Assembly (NCBI GenBank): GCA_032718475.1
Contig: JAUCBJ010004177.1
Coordinates: 1-64,000 of the forward strand
Direction of reading: 5' to 3'
Source: Nemertoderma westbladi
Lineage: Eukaryota; Animalia; Xenacoelomorpha
Length of the DNA stretch: 64,000 nt
How positions within the stretch are numbered: position 1 is the first letter of the stretch; every line of letters starts with the position of its first letter. Position numbers and translations under genes: made by a program. The notes below the pieces were generated by a model that ran no database searches, was not told where the DNA came from, and saw nothing but the letters and a program-made list of their open reading frames with translations. Shown here piece after piece: positions 1 to 12,442 of the stretch.

Positions 1-3000
1 ATCTGTTTTAGGGGTCTGTGACTGTGGTAACTTAATACTTGACTAAGGATCTGTTTTAGGGGTCTGTGACTGTGGTAACTTAATACTTGACTAAGGATCT
101 GTTTTAGGGGTCTGTGACTGTGGTAACTTAATACTTGACTAAGGATCTGTTTTAGGGGTCTGTGACTGTGGTAACTTAATACTTGACTAAGGATCTGTTT
201 TAGGGGTCTGTGACTGTGGTAACTTAATACTTGACTAAGGATCTGTTTTAGGGGTCTGTGACTGTGGTAACTTAATACTTGACTAAGGATCTGTTTTAGG
301 GGTCTGTGACTGTGGTAACTTAATACTTGACTAAGGATCTGTTTTAGGGGTCTGTGACTGTGGTAACTTAATACTTGACTAAGGATCTGTTTTAGGGGTC
401 TGTGACTGTGGTAACTTAATACTTGACTAAGGATCTGTTTTAGGGGTCTGTGACTGTGGTAACTTAATACTTGACTAAGGATCTGTTTTAGGGGTCTGTG
501 ACTGTGGTAACTTAATACTTGACTAAGGATCTGTTTTAGGGGTCTGTGACTGTGGTAACTTAATACTTGACTAAGGATCTGTTTTAGGGGTCTGTGACTG
601 TGGTAACTTAATACTTGACTAAGGATCTGTTTTAGGGGTCTGTGACTGTGGTAACTTAATACTTGACTAAGGATCTGTTTTAGGGGTCTGTGACTGTGGT
701 AACTTAATACTTGACTAAGGATCTGTTTTAGGGGTCTGTGACTGTGGTAACTTAATACTTGACTAAGGATCTGTTTTAGGGGTCTGTGACTGTGGTAACT
801 TAATACTTGACTAAGGATCTGTTTTAGTGGTCTGTGACTGTGGTAACTTAATACTTGACTAAGGATCTGTTTTAGGGGTCTGTGACTGTGGTAACTTAAT
901 ACTTGACTAAGGATCTGTTTTAGGGGTCTGTGACTGTGGTAACTTAATACTTGACTAAGGATCTGTTTTAGGGGTCTGTGACTGTGGTAACTTAATACTT
1001 GACTAAGGATCTGTTTTAGGGGTCTGTGACTGTGGTAACTTAATACTTGACTAAGGATCTGTTTTAGGGGTCTGTGACTGTGGTAACTTAATACTTGACT
1101 AAGGATCTGTTTTAGGGGTCTGTGACTGTGGTAACTTAATACTTGACTAAGGATCTGTTTTAGGGGTCTGTGACTGTGGTAACTTAATACTTGACTAAGG
1201 ATCTGTTTTAGGGGTCTGTGACTGTGGTAACTTAATACTTGACTAAGGATCTGTTTTAGGGGTCTGTGACTGTGGTAACTTAATACTTGACTAAGGATCT
1301 GTTTTAGTGGTCTGTGACTGTGGTAACTTAATACTTGACTAAGGATCTGTTTTAGGGGTCTGTGACTGTGGTAACTTAATACTTGACTAAGGATCTGTTT
1401 TAGGGGTCTGTGACTGTGGTAACTTAATACTTGACTAAGGATCTGTTTTAGTGGTCTGTGACTGTGGTAACTTAATACTTGACTAAGGATCTGTTTTAGG
1501 GGTCTGTGACTGTGGTAACTTAATACTTGACTAAGGATCTGTTTTAGGGGTCTGTGACTGTGGTAACTTAATACTTGACTAAGGATCTGTTTTAGGGGTC
1601 TGTGACTGTGGTAACTTAATACTTGACTAAGGATCTGTTTTAGGGGTCTGTGACTGTGGTAACTTAATACTTGACTAAGGATCTGTTTTAGTGGTCTGTG
1701 ACTGTGGTAACTTAATACTTGACTAAGGATCTGTTTTAGGGGTCTGTGACTGTGGTAACTTAATACTTGACTAAGGATCTGTTTTAGGGGTCTGTGACTG
1801 TGGTAACTTAATACTTGACTAAGGATCTGTTTTAGGGGTCTGTGACTGTGGTAACTTAATACTTGACTAAGGATCTGTTTTAGTGGTCTGTGACTGTGGT
1901 AACTTAATACTTGACTAAGGATCTGTTTTAGGGGTCTGTGACTGTGGTAACTTAATACTTGACTAAGGATCTGTTTTAGGGGTCTGTGACTGTGGTAACT
2001 TAATACTTGACTAAGGATCTGTTTTAGGGGTCTGTGACTGTGGTAACTTAATACTTGACTAAGGATCTGTTTTAGTGGTCTGTGACTGTGGTAACTTAAT
2101 ACTTGACTAAGGATCTGTTTTAGGGGTCTGTGACTGTGGTAACTTAATACTTGACTAAGGATCTGTTTTAGGGGTCTGTGACTGTGGTAACTTAATACTT
2201 GACTAAGGATCTGTTTTAGTGGTCTGTGACTGTGGTAACTTAATACTTGACTAAGGATCTGTTTTAGGGGTCTGTGACTGTGGTAACTTAATACTTGACT
2301 AAGGATCTGTTTTAGGGGTCTGTGACTGTGGTAACTTAATACTTGACTAAGGATCTGTTTTAGGGGTCTGTGACTGTGGTAACTTAATACTTGACTAAGG
2401 ATCTGTTTTAGGGGTCTGTGACTGTGGTAACTTAATACTTGACTAAGGATCTGTTTTAGGGGTCTGTGACTGTGGTAACTTAATACTTGACTAAGGATCT
2501 GTTTTAGGGGTCTGTGACTGTGGTAACTTAATACTTGACTAAGGATCTGTTTTAGTGGTCTGTGACTGTGGTAACTTAATACTTGACTAAGGATCTGTTT
2601 TAGGGGTCTGTGACTGTGGTAACTTAATACTTGACTAAGGATCTGTTTTAGGGGTCTGTGACTGTGGTAACTTAATACTTGACTAAGGATCTGTTTTAGT
2701 GGTCTGTGACTGTGGTAACTTAATACTTGACTAAGGATCTGTTTTAGTGGTCTGTGACTGTGGTAACTTAATACTTGACTAAGGATCTGTTTTAGTGGTC
2801 TGTGACTGTGGTAACTTAATACTTGACTAAGGATCTGTTTTAGGGGTCTGTGACTGTGGTAACTTAATACTTCACTAAGGATCTGTTTTAGGGGTCTGTG
2901 ACTGTGGTAACTTAATACTTGACTAAGGATCTGTTTTAGGGGTCTGTGACTGTGGTAACTTAATACTTGACTAAGGATCTGTTTTAGTGGTCTGTGACTG

Positions 3001-5797
3001 TGGTAACTTAATACTTGACTAAGGATCTGTTTTAGTGGTCTGTGACTGTGGTAACTTAATACTTGACTAAGGATCTGTTTTAGTGGTCTGTGACTGTGGT
3101 AACTTAATACTTGACTAAGGATCTGTTTTAGGGGTCTGTGACTGTGGTAACTTAATACTTCACTAAGGATCTGTTTTAGGGGTCTGTGACTGTGGTAACT
3201 TAATACTTGACTAAGGATCTGTTTTAGTGGTCTGTGACTGTGGTAACTTAATACTTGACTAAGGATCTGTTTTAGGGGTCTGTGACTGTGGTAACTTAAT
3301 ACTTGACTAAGGATCTGTTTTAGGGGTCTGTGACTGTGGTAACTTAATACTTGACTAAGGATCTGTTTTAGGGGTCTGTGACTGTGGTAACTTAATACTT
3401 GACTAAGGATCTGTTTTAGTGGTCTGTGACTGTGGTAACTTAATACTTCACTAAGGATCTGTTTTAGTGGTCTGTGACTGTGGTAACTTAATACTTGACT
3501 AAGGATCTGTTTTAGTGGTCTGTGACTGTGGTAACTTAATACTTGACTAAGGATCTGTTTTAGGGGTCTGTGACTGTGGTAACTTAATACTTGACTAAGG
3601 ATCTGTTTTAGGGGTCTGTGACTGTGGTAACTTAATACTTGACTAAGGATCTGTTTTAGTGGTCTGTGACTGTGGTAACTTAATACTTGACTAAGGATCT
3701 GTTTTAGTGGTCTGTGACTGTGGTAACTTAATACTTGACTAAGGATCTGTTTTAGTGGTCTGTGACTGTGGTAACTTAATACTTGACTAAGGATCTGTTT
3801 TAGTGGTCTGTGACTGTGGTAACTTAATACTTGACTAAGGATCTGTTTTAGTGGTCTGTGACTGTGGTAACTTAATACTTGACTAAGGATCTGTTTTAGT
3901 GGTCTGTGACTGTGGTAACTTAATACTTCACTAAGGATCTGTTTTAGTGGTCTGTGACTCTGGTAACTTAATACTTGACTAAGGATCTGTTTTAGTGGTC
4001 TGTGACTCTGGTAACTTAATACTTGACTAAGGATCTGTTTTAGTGGTCTGTGACTGTGGTAACTTAATACTTGACTAAGGATCTGTTTTAGTGGTCTGTG
4101 ACTGTGGTAACTTAATACTTGACTAAGGATCTGTTTTAGTGGTCTGTGACTGTGGTAACTTAATACTTGACTAAGGATCTGTTTTAGTGGTCTGTGACTG
4201 TGGTAACTTAATACTTGACTAAGGATCTGTTTTAGTGGTCTGTGACTGTGGTAACTTAATACTTGACTAAGGATCTGTTTTCGTGGTCTGTGACTGTGGT
4301 AACTTAATACTTGACTAAGGATCTGTTTTAGTGGTCTGTGACTGTGGTAACTTAATACTTGACTAAGGATCTGTTTTAGTGGTCTGTGACTGTGGTAACT
4401 TAATACTTGACTAAGGATCTGTTTTAGTGGTCTGTGACTGTGGTAACTTAATACTTGACTAAGGATCTGTTTTAGGGGTCTGTGACTGTGGTAACTTAAT
4501 ACTTGACTAAGGATCTGTTTTAGTGGTCTGTGACTGTGGTAACTTAATACTTGACTAAGGATCTGTTTTAGTGGTCTGTGACTGTGGTAACTTAATACTT
4601 GACTAAGGATCTGTTTTAGGGGTTTGTGACTGTGGTAAGTTAATACTTGACTAAGGATCTGTTTTAGTGGTCTGTGACTGTGGTAACTTAATACTTGACT
4701 AAGGATCTGTTTTAGTGGTCTGTGACTGTGGTAACTTAATACTTGACTAAGGATCTGTTTTAGTGGTCTGTGACTGTGGTAACTTAATACTTGACTAAGG
4801 ATCTGTTTTAGTGGTCTGTGACTGTGGTAACTTAATACTTGACTAAGGATCTGTTTTAGTGGTCTGTGACTGTGGTAACTTAATACTTGACTAAGGATCT
4901 GTTTTAGGGGTTTGTGACTGTGGTAACTTAATACTTGACTAAGGATCTGTTTTAGTGGTCTGTGACTGTGGTAACTTAATACTTGACTAAGGATCTGTTT
5001 TAGGGGTCTGTGACTGTGGTAACTTAATACTTGACTAAGGATCTGTTTTAGTGGTCTGTGACTGTGGTAACTTAATACTTGACTAAGAATCTGTTTTAGT
5101 GGTCTGTGACTGTGGTAACTTAATACTTGACTAAGGATCTGTTTTAGTGGTCTGTGACTGTGGTAACTTAATACTTGACTAAGAATCTGTTTTAGTGGTC
5201 TGTGACTGTGGTAACTTAATACTTCACTAAGGATCTGTTTTAGTGGTCTGTGACTCTGGTAACTTAATACTTGACTAGGGATCTGTTTTAGTGGTCTGTG
5301 ACTCTGGTAACTTAATACTTGACTAGGGATCTGTTTTAGTGGTCTGTGACTGTATGGTAACTTAATACTTGACTAAGGATCTGTTTTAGTGGTCTGTGAC
5401 TGTGGTAACTTAATACTTGACTAAGGATCTGTTTTAGTGGTCTGTGACTGTGGTAACTTAATACTTGACTAAGGATCTGTTTTCGTGGTCTGTGACTGTG
5501 GTAACTTAATACTTGACTAAGGATCTGTTTTAGTGGTCTGTGACTGTGGTAACTTAATACTTGACTAAGGATCTGTTTTAGTGGTCTGTGACTGTGGTAA
5601 CTTAATACTTGACTAAGGATCTGTTTTAGTGGTCTGTGACTGTGGTAACTTAATACTTGACTAAGGATCTGTTTTAGGGGTCTGTGACTGTGGTAACTTA
5701 ATACTTGACTAAGGATCTGTTTTAGTGGTCTGTGACTGTGGTAACTTAATACTTGACTAAGGATCTGTTTTAGTGGTCTGTGACTGTGGTAACTTAA
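1..5797. repeat. 48-bp tandem satellite, left block (~120 copies, runs off the window start)
   Basis: Unit ATCTGTTTTAG(G/T)GGTCTGTGACTGTGGTAACTTAATACTTGACTAAGG is repeated head-to-tail with near-identity. Confidence 0.98.
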
Positions 5798-7425
5798 GGG
5801 GGGGGGGGGGGGGGGGGGTACACCCCCCCTCAGGTCAAAATTTTCATTTTTTGTTTTTTTATTTCATCTAGAGTAGAATTTAATGCGGATTTCAAATCTG
5901 GAAACGGCTTAGCGAGATCTCTTTTACTTCTCGAGTAATGGCTGGTTTTCCGTCTGTATGTCTGTCTGTCTGTCCATCGAAATATTAAAAAGGGCATAAA
6001 ATAAGCAATCTGAAATGTTTACTGTTAATATTTTTCTTAATGTCGATGTCTGTTTTAATATTTGGAATTATCTAATCACTATGTCTGTATCTCAGTCTGT
6101 CTCTCAGTTTGTCTGTCTGTCTGTCTGTTTGTATGTCTGTCTGTCTGTCAACATGTCCGTCAAATTTTAATTAATATATATTTAATAGATATTTGTGAGT
6201 TTTGTATTACATATTGAACAGTTGTCCAATGGACTAGTTGTCTACTAGTAATAACAAATGTGAACAATCATATAACAATAGCTAGTAATAATTATTCTGG
6301 GAAACAACCATAAACTTATTTTTTTTAAATTCCGCAGGCTCTGAGAATAATTCACGTGCTGCGCGAAGTCTTCATGTGCAGCATGAACTTTTCATGTGCC
6401 GCGTGAAGGCTTCTCATTCTGATCAAAAAGCTTTCCGAGGTGCTCGATTAATTAACGTGCTTTATGAAGAATTTAAGTGCTACGTGAAACCTTCACCTGC
6501 TGCGCAAATGTCTCACGTGCTGCGCGAAGGTTTCACGTGCTGCGCAAAGCTTAATGTTCTGTGTAAAGGCTTATTATAAAATTATGTGGAAATTTTTATA
6601 TAATTTTGAATGTTTCTTAAGGTTGTCTCATTATTCCATGACTATTTATTACTAAATGACGAAATAGTATGCGATCAAATCAATTCGCCAAAATGAAATT
6701 TGTTCACGTGCTGCGCGAAGTGTTTTTTGGCAAGCACTCTAAAATTATTTTAACAGGTTGTTAAAAGTGGGTAGGGGTTTTTTTGAACCAAATTTCATGA
6801 AATCCATTGAGAAATCACAAAATATGGATAGGGGATAACCAATGGAAAAAGAAAAGGAGATACCAGTACTGAAAATAGCGGGAACATTTGAAATATATTG
6901 TTCTTAAACTTTAAATGCGTTTATCTCGGAATTGTATTTTTCACATTCAAAATACTACTACTCAGCCATTTCTTAACCAATTTTCGAAATTTTTTTTTTG
7001 TTTGATTTCTTTTCGGGTTTTGATCAAAAGTTATCGGTTAGAATTTTGAATTGTGCCATATTAATTTCTTGAAATTAGTTAATATCTATTAAGTAATAAT
7101 TAATATTAGTTAATAATATTTAAAAAATATTTAAGACCTAAATAAAAATTGTAACCGATAAGTTTTGTGGAGCCGAGGATTCTGATTCAGAAAAACCAAG
7201 TTTCGAAAATTTTCGCCCAAAATTGTGAGACTAGTAGTGTTTTTAGTGAAATTAACAATTTCGCTGGTGGCCGCTAGAGGGCGACGCAAATTTGAAAATT
7301 TTTTTTTTGAACCCAATCTTTGGCCATATGTTAATCCCCCGAAAGGTATAAAATATACAAAATTACAAACAAGCAGAAATTATAGCCATTTGCAAAAAAG
7401 GTCCATAGGGGGGTGTACCCCCCCC
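5798..7425. mobile_element. Non-autonomous TTAA-specific DNA transposon, Kolobok-like
   Basis: TTAA duplicated at 5794-5797 and 7426-7429, and the satellite phase is restored on removal. TIRs are GGGGGGGGTACACCCCCCCT / AGGGGGGGTGTACCCCCCCC. RR..YY termini with TTAA fit Kolobok rather than piggyBac. No transposase ORF. Internal TTCACGTGCTGCGCGAAG repeats and (TGTC)n. Confidence 0.85.
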
Positions 7426-9831
7426 TTAATACTTGACTAAGGATCTGTTTTAGGGGTTTGTGACTGTGGTAACTTAATACTTGACTAAGGATCTGTTTTA
7501 GTGGTCTGTGACTGTGGTAACTTAATACTTGACTAAGGATCTGTTTTAGTGGTCTGTGACTCTGGTAACTTAATACTTGACTAGGGATCTGTTTTAGTGG
7601 TCTGTGACTGTATGGTAACTTAATACTTGACTAAGGATCTGTTTTAGGGGTCTGTGACTGTGGTAACTTAATACTTGACTAAGGATCTGTTTTAGTGGTC
7701 TGTGACTGTGGTAACTTAATACTTGAATAAGGATCTGTTTTAGGGGTCTGTGACTGTGGTAACTTAATACTTGACTAAGGATCTGTTTTAGGGGTCTGTG
7801 ACTGTGGTAACTTAATACTTGACTAAGGATCTGTTTTAGGGGTTTGTGACTGTGGTAACTTAATACTTGACTAAGGATCTGTTTTAGGGGTCTGTGACTC
7901 TGGTAACTTAATACTTCACTAAGGATCTGTTTTAGGGGTCTGTGACTCTGGTAACTTAATACTTCACTAAGGATCTGTTTTAGTGGTCTGTGACTGTGGT
8001 AACTTAATACTTGAATAAGGATCTGTTTTAGGGGTCTGTGACTGTGGTAACTTAATACTTGACTAAGGATCTGTTTTAGGGGTCTGTGACTGTGGTAACT
8101 TAATACTTGACTAAGGATCTGTTTTAGGGGTTTGTGACTGTGGTAACTTAATACTTGACTAAGGATCTGTTTTAGGGGTCTGTGACTCTGGTAACTTAAT
8201 ACTTCACTAAGGATCTGTTTTAGGGGTCTGTGACTCTGGTAACTTAATACTTCACTAAGGATCTGTTTTAGGGGTTTGTGACTGTGGTAACTTAATACTT
8301 GACTAAGGATCTGTTTTAGTGGTCTGTGACTCTGGTAACTTAATACTTGACTAAGGATCTGTTTTAGTGGTCTGTGACTGTGGTAACTTAATACTTCACT
8401 AAGGATCTGTTTTAGGGGTCTGTGACTGTGGTAACTTAATACTTGACTAAGGATCTGTTTTAGGGGTCTGTGACTGTGGTAACTTAATACTTGACTAAGG
8501 ATCTGTTTTAGTGGTCTGTGACTGTGGTAACTTAATACTTGACTAAGGATCTGTTTTAGTGGTCTGTGACTGTGGTAACTTAATACTTGACTAAGGATCT
8601 GTTTTAGTGGTCTGTGACTGTGGTAACTTAATACTTGACTAAGGATCTGTTTTAGGGGTCTGTGACTGTGGTAACTTAATACTTGACTAAGGATCTGTTT
8701 TAGTGGTCTGTGACTGTGGTAACTTAATACTTGACTAAGGATCTGTTTTAGGGGTCTGTGACTGTGGTAACTTAATACTTGACTAAGGATCTGTTTTAGG
8801 GGTCTGTGACTGTGGTAACTTAATACTTGACTAAGGATCTGTTTTAGGGGTTTGTGACTGTGGTAACTTAATACTTGACTAAGGATCTGTTTTAGGGGTC
8901 TGTGACTCTGGTAACTTAATACTTCACTAAGGATCTGTTTTAGGGGTCTGTGACTCTGGTAACTTAATACTTCACTAAGGATCTGTTTTAGGGGTTTGTG
9001 ACTGTGGTAACTTAATACTTGACTAAGGATCTGTTTTAGTGGTCTGTGACTCTGGTAACTTAATACTTGACTAAGGATCTGTTTTAGTGGTCTGTGACTG
9101 TGGTAACTTAATACTTCACTAAGGATCTGTTTTAGGGGTCTGTGACTGTGGTAACTTAATACTTTACTAAGGATCTGTTTTAGGGGTCTGTGACTGTGGT
9201 AACTTAATACTTGACTAAGGATCTGTTTTAGGGGTCTGTGACTGTGGTAACTTAATACTTGACTAAGGATCTGTTTTAGGGGTCTGTGACTGTGGTAACT
9301 TAATACTTGACTAAGGATCTGTTTTAGGGGTCTGTGACTCTGGTAACTTAATACTTCACTAAGGATCTGTTTTAGGGGTCTGTGACTGTGGTAACTTAAT
9401 ACTTGACTAAGGATCTGTTTTAGTGGTCTGTGACTGTGGTAACTTAATACTTGACTAAGGATCTGTTTTAGGGGTCTGTGACTGTGGTAACTTAATACTT
9501 TACTAAGGATCTGTTTTAGGGGTCTGTGACTGTGGTAACTTAATACTTGACTAAGGATCTGTTTTAGGGGTCTGTGACTGTGGTAACTTAATACTTGACT
9601 AAGAATCTGTTTTAGTGGTCTGTGACTCTAGTAACTTAATACTTGACTAAGGATCTGTTTTAGGGGTCTGTGACTGTGGTAACTTAATACTTGACTAAGG
9701 ATCTGTTTTAGTGGTCTGTGACTGTGGTAACTTAATACTTGACTAAGGATCTGTTTTAGTGGTCTGTGACTGTGGTAACTTAATACTTGACTAAGGATCT
9801 GTTTTAGTGGTCTGTGACTGTGGTAACTTAA
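7426..9831. repeat. 48-bp tandem satellite, right block (~50 copies)
   Basis: Same unit as 1-5797 but more variant-rich; ends at GGTAACTTAA (9831). Confidence 0.98.
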
Positions 9832-10329
9832 CTCTCATGTTCGCTATGGTCTACATAATTTAAAACGTTCTGTTATCCATTTCTTTATAGGGAGGATTTG
9901 TAAGGATTTATAAGAGGTAACTTAGATAGTACGAAAAATTATTACAAAACGGAGCTAATTAATTACAAACAGCGAAATATTATTATGATCCTATTATCAA
10001 TAATAATTATAACTGTCTTATATCTGATTTTGTTATTAACAAATTCCAAATCATGACCTACTATCCATATCCAAATTATGACATGACATACGCGCTAGAT
10101 CTGTTTCAGAGATTCTAACTAAGAGAGATAACTGGCCCATAAATTTAGGAGGTTTTGCCTTTGCAGTGGGCTGTACCTTGCAGTTGGCCGGCGGGTCGTA
10201 TCTAAAGTTGGTCATGTCCAAATAATATATTAATATTTATCGTAGCAACTTTATACTATATAGTTATAGTTATAATTGATAATTCGAAATATATGATATG
10301 AGATTCGTTTTTTAAAACAAATCTATCTT

Positions 10330-12150
10330 TCAATTTGCACTTCCATAAATCTCATAAACAAACTCAGTATCAAGCCTCGAATTTCTCGATAAAATTAAAA
10401 TAACATACTTGAAAAGAGTTCTATGTTTTCACAAATTAAACCAAACCATAGAATAGGTTGACTGGCACTTTGCAAAGAGCACATCTTGGTTTATGAGTTG
10501 GTCTCAGACCTAAATCTACCTCCTACAGGAGAATATTAAATAATACTGCCCGAATGGACACAAAACGACAGGAGATCCCAACGTCATTCTGGGACTCTAT
10601 TACGTTCACAAACCGAAGACGAACTGGTCTTAATAAATCTCAGAGGCATGTGTTACCACGATTCGCTGTACACAGCTTCCAATACAGAGACATGTGGTCA
10701 CGCGATTCGCTGTACACAGCTTCCACTACAGAAGCATGTGGTCTCGCGATTCGCTGTACACAGCTTCCACTAGAGGCATGTGGTCTCGCGATTAGCTGTA
10801 CACAGCTTCAACTACAGAGGCATGTGGTCACGCGATTCGCTGTACACAGCTTCCACTACAGAAGCATGTGGTCTCGCGATTCGCTGTACACAGCTTCCAC
10901 TAGAGGCATGTGGTCTCGCGATTAGCTGTACACAGCTTCAACTACAGAGGCATGTGGTCTCGCGATTCGCTGCACACAGCTTCCACTAGAGAGGCATGTG
11001 GTCTCGCGATTCGCTGTACACAGCTTCCACTAGAGGCATGTGGTCTCGCGATTCGCTGTACACAGCTTCCACTACAGAGGTATGTGGTCACGCGATTCGC
11101 TGTACACAGCTTCCACTACAGAGGTATGTGGTCACGCGATTCGCTGTTCACAGCTTCAACTGCAGAGGCATGTGGTCTCGCGATTCGCTGTACACAGCTT
11201 CCACTACAGAGGCATGTGGTCTTGCGATTCGCTGTACACAGCTTCCACTACAGAGGTATGTGGTCACGCGATTCGCTGTACACAGCTTCCAATACAGAGG
11301 TATGTGGTCACGCGATTCGCTGTTCACAGCTTCAACTGCAGAGGCATGTGGTCTCGCGATTCGCTGTACACAGCTTCCACTACAGAGGCATGTGGTCTCG
11401 CGATTAGCTGTACACAGCTTCCACTACAGAGGTATGTGGTCATGCGATTCGCTGTTCACAGCTTCAACTACAGAGGCATGTGGTCTCGCGATTCGCTGTA
11501 CACAGCTTCCACTACAGAGGCATGTGGTCTCGCGATTAGCTGTACACAGCTTCCACTCCAGAGGTATGTGGTCACGCGATTCGCTGTTCACAGCTTCAAC
11601 TACAGAGGCATGTGGTCTCGCGATTCGCTGTACACAGCTTCAACTACAGAGGCATGTGGTCTCGCGATTCGCAGTACACAGCTTCAACTACAGAGGCATG
11701 TGGTCACGCGATTCACTTTTCACAGCTTCCACTAGAGAGGCATGTGGTCTCGCGATTCGCTGTACACAGCTTCCACTATAGGCTTGTGGTTTCGCGATTC
11801 GCTGTACACAGCTTCAACTACAGAGGCATGTGGTCTCGCGATTCGCTGTACACAGCTTCCACTACAGAAGCATGTGGTCTCGCGATTCGCTGTACACAGC
11901 TTCCACTATAGGCTTGTGGTCTCGCGATTCGCTGTACACAGCTTCAACTACAGAGGCATGTGGTCTCGCGATTCGCTGTACACATCTTCCACTATTAAAT
12001 CAGCCGAAATCACTCCTTCCACCGCGAGGAACAACAATGTATCTGTCTGTAGGCTCCGTGGTGGCCCTTACCACTTACTACATTACACATAACATAGCAA
12101 AAAAACCCAAATCTCCGAATCAATGGGCCACTGAAACTGGTTATCTAACA
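10330..12150 (+). pseudogene. Degraded 3' fragment of an RTE-X-like LINE ORF2 hosting the 44-bp array
   Basis: Broken translations FLDKIKITYLKRVLCFHK (10382), ELVSDLNLPPT, EIPTSFW, RHVLPRFAVHSF, VCRLRGGPYHL and NQWATE are colinear with LDKIKSSFIKKVIQVHK, ELVERLNLPHT, EINPDFW, RHVTTRYAIHGF, VCALCNGPATLYHL and RQWATN in ORF 31947-32945. Confidence 0.75.
10641..11994. repeat. 44-bp tandem array (~31 copies, some 42-bp variants)
   Basis: Unit CAGAGGCATGTGGTCTCGCGATTCGCTGTACACAGCTTCCACTA. Confidence 0.97.
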
Positions 12151-12186
12151 AAAGCTTTTTTTATCATTTTAATATTCCGATTTACA

Positions 12187-12306
12187 CAGAGTGGAAGGGT
12201 TTACTGGTGGAAGATCACCCATGGTGGTGAACAGGCATTCCTTTAGGAAACAGAGTGGAAGGGTTTACTGTGGAAGATCACCCATGGTGGTGAACGGGCA
12301 TTCCTT
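12187..12306. repeat. ~62-bp tandem dimer
   Basis: ACAGAGTGGAAGGGTTTACTG(G)TGGAAGATCACCCATGGTGGTGAAC(A/G)GGCATTCCTT occurs twice. Confidence 0.9.
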
Positions 12307-12442
12307 GGCTTAACGAGCCTAAAAGATTATCCCATTCAATATTCCTTTTTATTTAATTACACAATAATAATTATTACAATAATTATTGTGTATATAATAT
12401 TGTACTGCTATATTTCGTTTTAATTTGCCCTTCTCAGCGAAA

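Noticed and set aside
1-9831. Stop-free minus-strand frame (LSQVLSYHSHRPLKQI)n in the 48-bp satellite
   Set aside because: By-product of a unit length divisible by 3; no start codon, and broken by 2-bp insertions and a transposon.
10554-12246. Overlapping ORFs in all three plus frames
   Set aside because: Produced by the stop-poor 44-bp repeat; the underlying LINE frame is broken.
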